Of a stretch of DNA of 45,340 bases, positions 39,594 to 45,340 are shown one piece after another. The position numbers and the translations under genes were made by a program. This DNA comes from a virus: positions 1 through 45,340 of the IMG/VR virus record IMGVR_UViG_3300025889_000015; one strand, 5' to 3'. How positions within the stretch are numbered: position 1 is the stretch's first letter; every line of letters starts with the position of its first letter. The notes below the pieces were generated by a model. That model saw nothing but the letters and a program-made list of their open reading frames with translations, was not told where the DNA came from and did not search any database.

Positions 39594-39914
39594 CTAGATG
39601 TTTTTGCCTATCTCGGCAGCGGCTCGAACGATTGCTCGGCGAGTGGCAGCCATCTCATCGTCACCACATATCTCTGTGTAACTATCTACGATGCATTGAG
39701 CCGTAACCGCAACTGAATATCCTTGCAGGTGAACCCTCGGAGTGATCCTTAGCTTCACCGCCAGCCGCAGCGCATCGCCGTCATCCTCAAGCGGGTCCCA
39801 CTGCTCTCGCCCGATCTCTTCCTCGCATCGGTAGTAGCAGCCGGAATTCTTAACCCACTCCACCTGATAGCCAGCAGCCTTCGCCGCCAGCTCCAGCAAT
39901 TCACGATCCTGCAT
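39594..39914 (-). CDS. DUF2591-like hypothetical protein (106 aa) between int and attP
   Basis: Trimmed to ATG 39914 (GGAGG upstream). LLELAAKAAGY...WDPLEDDGDALRLAVKL...ATRRAIVRAAAEIG. Confidence 0.5.
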   Translation of the reverse strand: MQDRELLELAAKAAGYQVEWVKNSGCYYRCEEEIGREQWDPLEDDGDALRLAVKLRITPRVHLQGYSVAVTAQCIVDSYTEICGDDEMAATRRAIVRAAAEIGKNI

Positions 39915-41082
39915 TTGAATCCTCCATAGGGATTTGAACCGGCGTCCCGAACAGCTCAGCCGCCTTGCTGCCGGACGTGTCGCCATCGTTCGGAATGTAT
40001 CGGCCATAGACGCGGGCGATCATCACCCAGCTACTGTGGCCCATCTGTTTTGCTACCCACATCGGATGCTCGCCGGCTGACAGCATCATCGATGCGTAAG
40101 TGTGCCGGGTCTGGTATGGGTTCCGGTAGCGGACCTTTGCCTTGCGGATGGTCGGAATCCAGAATGACTTCCGGATAGCCTGATCGCCGTCGAAGGGTTT
40201 GCCGTACCGCGGATCATGGAAGACTGGCCCGCCTACTATATAGGTGTGTGCCTTCTGATCCTCTAGCGCCTCCAGCGCCATCGGCAACAGCTTCACATCT
40301 CGCAACCCCGCCGCCGTCTTCGGCAGCTCCGCTTCCTTGGCCGCTTTGGTCAGTCCTCGCGATATCCGCGCCTCCCCCCGTAGCCAGTCAATATCCCCCC
40401 ATTCCAGCGCCACAAGCTCCGACGTGCGCAGCCCGGTCCAGAACGCGAACTGCAGCAGGTTCCGGTATTGCCCGGTTGCTGCCGCCAGGATCGCTGCCTG
40501 TTCCTCTTTCGCGAACGGGTCTATCTCGTCTTCCGCCTTGGGCTTGCCCTTCACTGAGTAGGTCCAGCCGGCCAACGGGTTCGCTTCGATCAGCTCATCA
40601 TCGACCGCATCATTGAGCGCCGACCGCAGGCAGCTTTGCACGTTGGCCAGCCGCTTGTTAGAGGCGTCCATCTTGGTCAGCTCATCTCGCACCATCTTGC
40701 GCGTGAGCGTCACCAGCGGCGCATGGCCCAGCCTCGGCACCAATACGCCACTGATGATCTTGCGATAGCCGTCCAGGGTCGACGCCTTCAGGTGCGCCTC
40801 CTTTCGGGCCAGCCACTTGTCGAGATAGTCAGAGAGAGGAATCAGCCCGGTCTGGTGCCCGTGCTTTACAGCGCGCTTCGACTTGGGGAAAGTCGCGGCG
40901 TAGTCGAAGGTTCCGTTGTAGATGGCAAGCTCTACCGCTGCCTTGTGCTTCTCGGCACGCTTCAGATTAGCGGGGCTGGGCTCAAGTGGGAGACGCTCGC
41001 GACACTGCGTCCCTTCGTACATGAAACTGATTTCAATGCTGGAGGCTGACGCGCGCCGGACTCCATTCCGCTTTCCACCCAT
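39901..41082 (-). CDS. int: Tyrosine integrase (lambda-family, with an arm-binding N-terminal domain)
   Basis: WTGLRTSELVAL, HQTRHTYAS and MGHSSWVMIARVYGRYI provide the R, HxxR and H...Y catalytic set. Confidence 0.9.
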   Translation of the reverse strand: MGGKRNGVRRASASSIEISFMYEGTQCRERLPLEPSPANLKRAEKHKAAVELAIYNGTFDYAATFPKSKRAVKHGHQTGLIPLSDYLDKWLARKEAHLKASTLDGYRKIISGVLVPRLGHAPLVTLTRKMVRDELTKMDASNKRLANVQSCLRSALNDAVDDELIEANPLAGWTYSVKGKPKAEDEIDPFAKEEQAAILAAATGQYRNLLQFAFWTGLRTSELVALEWGDIDWLRGEARISRGLTKAAKEAELPKTAAGLRDVKLLPMALEALEDQKAHTYIVGGPVFHDPRYGKPFDGDQAIRKSFWIPTIRKAKVRYRNPYQTRHTYASMMLSAGEHPMWVAKQMGHSSWVMIARVYGRYIPNDGDTSGSKAAELFGTPVQIPMEDSNAGS

Positions 41083-41240
41083 GCTTCGTACCCTTCCACG
41101 CTGATTAGCACATGGCCGTCCGGTGCCTTGATCCAGATTTCACCCAGGGGCCAGACTCCTTTGGAGAGCTTGGACCGGATTGCGTGCTCAGTGTAGCCGG
41201 TTGCCTCTGAAAATCGCTTGATGGTCTGATATCTGGCCAT
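40962..41240 (-). CDS. xis: Excisionase-like DNA-binding protein
   Basis: MARYQTIKRFSEATGYTEHAIRSKLSKGVWPLGEIWIKAPDG.... It lies directly upstream of int and overlaps it. Confidence 0.6.
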   Translation of the reverse strand: MARYQTIKRFSEATGYTEHAIRSKLSKGVWPLGEIWIKAPDGHVLISVEGYEAWVESGMESGARQPPALKSVSCTKGRSVASVSHLSPAPLI

Positions 41241-41243
41241 CCC

Positions 41244-41474
41244 TCACCCCCTCACCGTTACGCCGGCTGCTTCTGGTACGAGCGTCATCACGGCGCTGTC
41301 GATCTCTTCTATGCCTGGCAGCATGATCAGCTCGTGCAGCGCCATGTATGCGACCTGTGGCCGGCCTTCGTTGATCGCTTCCATTGCGCGTATCACGGCG
41401 TCTTTGGATTTGAGGATGTACATGGCCGACTGGAGGGTCATCCGGTAATCCAGCATCGGGTTGTCGTCACTCAT
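41244..41474 (-). CDS. Hypothetical protein (76 aa)
   Basis: ORF-track entry with a GAGG upstream. Confidence 0.5.
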   Translation of the reverse strand: MSDDNPMLDYRMTLQSAMYILKSKDAVIRAMEAINEGRPQVAYMALHELIMLPGIEEIDSAVMTLVPEAAGVTVRG

Positions 41475-41655
41475 CGTCTAGCCTCGCGAACATGGCTTGT
41501 GCGTCTCGACCGCTCGCGATCCGCTCACAGCCAATCAGTAGTGCCTCGATCTCGACGCGACCGCAGCGCGGGCATTCCTGATATTCAAGCCGGGCCTTAT
41601 GCTTCGCTCGCACCGCCGTTTTCTGTTGGGTTGATGCTCCGCAGCTACATTGCAT
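41467..41655 (-). CDS. Small zinc-ribbon-like protein (62 aa)
   Basis: Trimmed to ATG 41655 (GAGGTG upstream). Shows CSCG...x...CPRCG. Confidence 0.4.
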   Translation of the reverse strand: MQCSCGASTQQKTAVRAKHKARLEYQECPRCGRVEIEALLIGCERIASGRDAQAMFARLDDE

Positions 41656-41995
41656 AAGGCACCTCATCATCTTCTGAGAGGTAGCCGCAAAGATCCCAGA
41701 TTGCATCGTGCATTTCTTCGCCTGATCCATAAGCGATTCGCGCAATGATGTCTGACAATTCCGGGTCGTCCTGGCCGGAGGGCTCAGCGTTAACCATTTC
41801 AGCCCCGGACATTGCCGCGTCGATTGCGCTTCTTGCGCTATCCATCGGCATTGCTAGCTGCTTATCGTCAAGTGGCGTCACGACGATAAATCCGATATGC
41901 AGCCTGTCGCCGCAAACGGACATTCCTTCAGTGACCATAGCGTTCTGCTGGATCATCCAGTCCAGTCTGTCGCTGTCTGTGTATTGTGCGGACAT
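41645..41995 (-). CDS. Hypothetical acidic protein (116 aa)
   Basis: GGGGAGGAG lies upstream. Confidence 0.55.
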   Translation of the reverse strand: MSAQYTDSDRLDWMIQQNAMVTEGMSVCGDRLHIGFIVVTPLDDKQLAMPMDSARSAIDAAMSGAEMVNAEPSGQDDPELSDIIARIAYGSGEEMHDAIWDLCGYLSEDDEVPYAM

Positions 41996-42048
41996 GCAGA
42001 ATCTCCTCCCCGCCGACTCTCGCCGGCAGGCTGTGATGTGTGTGTGGG

Positions 42049-42177
42049 TTAGGGGTGTGCGGTGTTCATTGCGGCCGTGAAGGCAAACAACAGGAGCAGC
42101 ACAGCGGTGAAGCGGATGAAATCAAGCGGCCAGATCAGCCACATGATCACTGCGTAGATGAGCGACGCAAGGATCAT
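42049..42177 (-). CDS. Small hydrophobic peptide (42 aa)
   Basis: MILASLIYAVIMWLIWPLDFIRFTAVLLLLFAFTAAMNTAHP. Its ATG immediately follows the stop of 42178..43152. Confidence 0.35.
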   Translation of the reverse strand: MILASLIYAVIMWLIWPLDFIRFTAVLLLLFAFTAAMNTAHP

Positions 42178-43152
42178 TCACTCCTCCTTCGCATCCATGG
42201 CGGGGCTGGGTGCGACAGCTAGCATTGCGCCGTAGCACTCGGTCATCTCAGAAAATATTGATGCATGACCTATTGCCGCGACTTCATCTCCTTCGAAGCC
42301 CAATGCGGCAATCATTTCCACGGTCGGCTTCACTGGAACCAGTGCGAAGCCTTCCGGCACACTCTGCTCCGGCTGCGGGACGGCTAGCAGCCGATAGCGG
42401 TCACGGTATCGAGCCACCAGCTGCGCATCCTCCCGCGAGTGAGGCCCAAGCTGATGCGTGGTTTCGATCATTCGCTGCAACGCCTCCCATACAGCATCGG
42501 GTACAGGCTGCTGCTCGGTCTGCGCGGGGCGCGTGAGTGCGGCGACGATGCGTTCGTGCTGGGCGACGGTCATCAGCGGCAAGAAAGCGTCATCGGAGCT
42601 ATTCACCGTCTCGCACTGAATCTTCTCAAGCGCTGACGTGCATACTTCAATATCTATTTCCCCAAGCTCCGGTCCAGAGCCGCCATGAAAAAGCCCGCCG
42701 AGAATCGCGGTTGCGACCACAGTCGGCGCCTCCCGCTCATCCTGCGCCGGGGCTGGCTCGGCAGGGCTGGGGAAGTCATAGCCATGCGATCTGCATATAG
42801 CCTCCATGTTGCGGAGCGAGTCCATCAGCTCGTGCTTTGATGGGTCTATACCTACGTCGTGGCCAATGGCCTCCCACACCTCAAGCAAAGCAATCGGCTC
42901 AGTTCGGAAACCCTTGTACCAAAGCTTGACGGCATCTTCTTTCGAGAACGGATAACCAAGACCTAGCGCCTCAAGCTCGCTCTCATTCGGCTCGGCCTGT
43001 TGGGATAGGGCGGCTTTCATCTCGTTGCGTAGCTGCTCGTCTGGGCAGCAGTGGATGGCCTCACGCAACAACCCGCGCAGCCTCGCATTCTCCGCCTTCG
43101 CAGCCCCCAGCTCAGCGCCGATGTGTCCTGCTGCCTTCAGTGTCTCGTTCAT
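42178..43152 (-). CDS. Hypothetical protein (324 aa)
   Basis: Trimmed to ATG 43152 (ATGA overlap). Confidence 0.6.
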   Translation of the reverse strand: MNETLKAAGHIGAELGAAKAENARLRGLLREAIHCCPDEQLRNEMKAALSQQAEPNESELEALGLGYPFSKEDAVKLWYKGFRTEPIALLEVWEAIGHDVGIDPSKHELMDSLRNMEAICRSHGYDFPSPAEPAPAQDEREAPTVVATAILGGLFHGGSGPELGEIDIEVCTSALEKIQCETVNSSDDAFLPLMTVAQHERIVAALTRPAQTEQQPVPDAVWEALQRMIETTHQLGPHSREDAQLVARYRDRYRLLAVPQPEQSVPEGFALVPVKPTVEMIAALGFEGDEVAAIGHASIFSEMTECYGAMLAVAPSPAMDAKEE

Positions 43153-43340
43153 ACCTGGCTCCATAGCTCACGATTGTTTAGGTCTTCATCCTTCACGCAG
43201 ATCGGCGGGCCGCTGAGTGGGTGCATGTACGTGGTGGCTCCGTTGCTCAGTCCCTTTGTGCATCGCTTGCCGGTGGTTTTCTGGAGCCAAGTGCGGCACT
43301 GATTGTTGATTCGCTGGACTGTGGGGGATTCGGTGAACAT
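43149..43340 (-). CDS. Hypothetical protein (63 aa)
   Basis: GAGGTG lies 5 nt upstream of the ATG. Confidence 0.45.
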   Translation of the reverse strand: MFTESPTVQRINNQCRTWLQKTTGKRCTKGLSNGATTYMHPLSGPPICVKDEDLNNRELWSQV

Positions 43341-43348
43341 GGATCACC

Positions 43349-43576
43349 TCAAGAGGCGCGGGCCTCGGCTGGTTTGAACAGGAGTTCCCAGGGCGAGCAC
43401 ATGTAGCCGGTGGCCTTATATGCCTTGCGCGTCCGGTAGGTTGGCGAATCGAAAAAGCAGGCCTTGCAGGTGTAGCCGAGGCCGTCTTTCGTCTTCATGT
43501 TCCTGAAGAAAAACTCGGTATCAGCCGGCCACCACTCATCGCAGCGGCGGCAGTATTTTTCGGGGTCGGTTTGCAT
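43349..43576 (-). CDS. Zinc-ribbon protein, paralog A
   Basis: CRRCDEWWPADTEFF...YTCKACF. It shares CxxCDEW-P-D...C-x2-C with 43783..44004. Confidence 0.5.
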   Translation of the reverse strand: MQTDPEKYCRRCDEWWPADTEFFFRNMKTKDGLGYTCKACFFDSPTYRTRKAYKATGYMCSPWELLFKPAEARAS

Positions 43577-43585
43577 AGCTGAGCC

Positions 43586-43786
43586 TTACGCCGCCCACCT
43601 GGTGCGGAATTGAACGATGTCGCGCACAGTGCTGATGCCGCAGCCGTAGCGCTTTGATAGTGTCTGGTAGCCGCCTCGGCCTGCCTCGTAGTCAGCGCGC
43701 ATTGCGGCGACCTGGGCATCAGTCAGCTTGGCTTTTTGGTGCCACTCGCCGATGCGGTGGCCGGTGTGATTGCGAGGGCCGTTCAT
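43586..43786 (-). CDS. Small HTH protein (66 aa)
   Basis: Trimmed to ATG 43786 (ATGA overlap). AKLTDAQVAAMRADYEAGRGGYQTLSKRYGCGISTVRDIV. Confidence 0.5.
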   Translation of the reverse strand: MNGPRNHTGHRIGEWHQKAKLTDAQVAAMRADYEAGRGGYQTLSKRYGCGISTVRDIVQFRTRWAA

Positions 43787-44004
43787 GCTGCTGCCTGCCT
43801 CTTCGCTCGCTGATAGGCAACCTGCTTTGCAGCCACACACTTCCGGCACTCGCTGCGCCGGTAACCGCGCGTCTTCAAAAACTGGTAATGCGCGTCGTCA
43901 TGGGGTTTCCATTCGTCGCAGCAGGGGCAGCGCTTTTCTGTGATACCCGAATCCGAGACACGCTTTATCAGCCTGCCCAGGCGGGTGCCGGTCGGTTTGT
44001 TCAT
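43783..44004 (-). CDS. Zinc-ribbon protein, paralog B
   Basis: CPCCDEWKPHDDAHY...SECRKCV. Confidence 0.5.
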   Translation of the reverse strand: MNKPTGTRLGRLIKRVSDSGITEKRCPCCDEWKPHDDAHYQFLKTRGYRRSECRKCVAAKQVAYQRAKRQAAA

Positions 44005-44047
44005 GGTTATTGTCCGGGGAGGAGGGCGCCGAGGGGCGCCGGGGGGG

Positions 44048-44536
44048 TCAGATCAGAAGGGAGCGGGTGCCGCGATAGGGGTCGGCAAAAGGTATGTCGT
44101 CGTCGAAGCTGTCATAGTCCGGTGCGGGCTGCTGTTGCGGCTGGCTCTGTGGACGGGGCTGGTTCTGCTGCTGCGGTCGCTGCGGCCGGTCACCGCCATC
44201 AGGCTTTCCGTCCAGCATGAGCATGTCCTCAAGCTTGATTTCGGTAACCCACTTGGTTTGCCCGTCCTTCTCGTAGCTGCGGGTTTTCATCTTTCCAGAG
44301 ACCCATACCTTGGAGCCCTTGCGCAAATACTCGGAACAGATCTCCGCCAACTTCCCGAATGCGGTAATTCTGATCCAGTCTGTTTGCTCTACTGTTTGGC
44401 CTGACTGCTTATCCTTGTAGTCATCACTGCAGCCTATTGAGAAGTTGGCAACCATGTTCCCATTAGGTAGCGCCTTCGAATCTACGTCGCCTCCTAGGTT
44501 GCCGATGAATTCGCAGCGGTTAAGCGACCTGGCCAT
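44048..44536 (-). CDS. ssb: Single-stranded DNA-binding protein with a 12-aa extension beyond the canonical DDDIPF tip
   Basis: OB-fold N-terminus (NRCEFIGNLGGDVD...WIRITAFGKLAE), Gln/Pro-rich linker, then ...DSFDDDIPF followed by ADPYRGTRSLLI before the stop. Confidence 0.85.
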   Translation of the reverse strand: MARSLNRCEFIGNLGGDVDSKALPNGNMVANFSIGCSDDYKDKQSGQTVEQTDWIRITAFGKLAEICSEYLRKGSKVWVSGKMKTRSYEKDGQTKWVTEIKLEDMLMLDGKPDGGDRPQRPQQQNQPRPQSQPQQQPAPDYDSFDDDIPFADPYRGTRSLLI

Positions 44537-45032
44537 TTTGTTTTTCCTCGCGTTTAATTTGGTAGTAGCGGTCACGAGCGCAGTGCCGGCATAGCCGCCT
44601 GCCCTTGTAGTGCCTTGTGTTTTCTGGTGTTAGCGGGTGGCCATGACGGCAAGTGGTCCTCATCGCGGACCGTGACTTGTTTATGTGAGTGAGCAGGCCG
44701 CGCAGGTTGTTCTCTCGGCGTGTTACCGGCTCGAGGTGTGCTGGATTGATGCAGCCGTGGTTCCGGCATAAGTGGTCAAGGTCAAGGCCTTCAGGGATTG
44801 GTCCGTTCAGGTACTCAAACGATGCTCGGTGCGACCCAGTGAGCCGTCCGTCTTTCCATTTCTGGCCGTAACCGTTGTCACGTAAGTAGCCGCCCCAATC
44901 CCAGCAGCCAGGGCCATGCCTTGTGAGGTGTATCTGGTTGATGAGGTGGGTGGGTATTTCGGGATAGGTTGAAGAAAGAAGTTCTGCGATGGATCGGAAC
45001 TGGTCGCTGCCGGCGTCATCTGCTTTTTTCAT
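44520..45032 (-). CDS. HNH endonuclease
   Basis: GSHRASFEYLNGPIPEGLDLDHLCRNHGCINPAHLEPVTRRENN. It lies between the exonuclease and ssb. Confidence 0.8.
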   Translation of the reverse strand: MKKADDAGSDQFRSIAELLSSTYPEIPTHLINQIHLTRHGPGCWDWGGYLRDNGYGQKWKDGRLTGSHRASFEYLNGPIPEGLDLDHLCRNHGCINPAHLEPVTRRENNLRGLLTHINKSRSAMRTTCRHGHPLTPENTRHYKGRRLCRHCARDRYYQIKREEKQNGQVA

Positions 45033-45034
45033 GT

Positions 45035-45340
45035 CTACCTCGGAATAGTCTCCAGGGTTTGTTGAACTAGCGTCAGGAACTCCGCACGGCGCGCCCTGAG
45101 CCTTTCTATCTCTTCAGTGAACTCGCCTCGGTGCAGCCGGTAGACGATCAGCTGTGACGCCTCGGGGAACTCTGAGCAGTAGCTGGCGAAGTCGACCCAG
45201 GCGCGATCTGTGCAATCCAGATGGCCGATCAACTGCCAGCGGTACGCCGGATCGAATGACCCGCGCCGGAGCGTGGCGTAATGAACCGCCGCGGTGACTG
45301 ACTTGATCTCGAGCACGCCGTCGTCGCCGACAAGTCCGTC
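45035..45340 (-). CDS. YqaJ-type exonuclease, C-terminal part (joins 1..439 across the circular junction)
   Basis: The listed ORF start MLEIKS is internal. The frame stays open to the window end and the sequence is continuous with 128..439 through the repeat. Confidence 0.75.
   Translation of the reverse strand, partial: DGLVGDDGVLEIKSVTAAVHYATLRRGSFDPAYRWQLIGHLDCTDRAWVDFASYCSEFPEASQLIVYRLHRGEFTEEIERLRARRAEFLTLVQQTLETIPR
45214..45340. repeat. Terminal direct repeat, copy 2 (identical to 1..127)
   Basis: Same 127-nt string as 1..127. Confidence 0.95.

Larger units (their letters stand above)
1..45340. mobile_element. Complete circularly permuted temperate tailed-phage genome (contractile-tail type); unit length 45213 bp after removing the 127-bp end overlap
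   Basis: Integration, immunity, replication, packaging, head, sheath/tube, baseplate, fiber and lysis modules are all present. The first 127 nt equal the last 127 nt, and a gene is continuous across the junction. Confidence 0.9.

Overview
The window is one complete, circularly permuted temperate phage genome with a contractile-tail gene set. It is high-GC and looks proteobacterial, possibly Pseudomonas-like. The first 127 nt are identical to the last 127 nt, so the unit length is 45213 bp. The linearisation point cuts a YqaJ-type exonuclease gene (1..439 joins 45035..45340). Map: (i) Minus-strand early-left operon, running 3970 down to 1 and wrapping to 45340..39594. It starts at a strong PL-like promoter (4243..4271) and carries a LuxR/GerE-type HTH gene, DUF551, many small unknown or membrane ORFs, the exonuclease and an unrecognised partner, an HNH nuclease, SSB, zinc-ribbon/HTH genes, xis, int and a DUF2591-like gene. 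It ends at attP (39411..39593), whose core resembles a tmRNA (ssrA) 3' end. (ii) A terminator-bounded accessory island (about 4311..7187) sits between PL and cI, the position rexAB occupies in lambda. It holds an S24-like orphan, an unexplained non-coding stretch, an ISL3-family transposase, a single-pass membrane protein and a Lar-family zinc-ribbon protein. (iii) Immunity switch: S24/HTH CI repressor (7200..7907, apparently leaderless) and Cro-like gene (8013..8219) around a palindromic operator. (iv) Plus-strand early-right operon (8414..15753): DUF1376 replication protein with internal iterons, primase-helicase, TraR/DksA, NinB, Ref-like nuclease, DUF3310, a PD-(D/E)xK nuclease, a large HTH-metallophosphoesterase and a protein in the Q position. 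(v) Late operon (15756..39510): HNH-AP2 endonuclease, DNA methyltransferase, lambda-S-like holin, terminase, portal, head, neck, sheath, tube, frameshifted chaperone, a 2-gene moron, tape measure with SLT domain, baseplate and fiber genes. The endolysin and Rz/Rz1 lie at the far end, about 20 kb from the holin. The late operon is punctuated by at least eight intrinsic-terminator-like hairpins. No rRNA, intact tRNA, CRISPR array or reverse transcriptase was seen. All family names are from motif recognition by eye; no database search was run.
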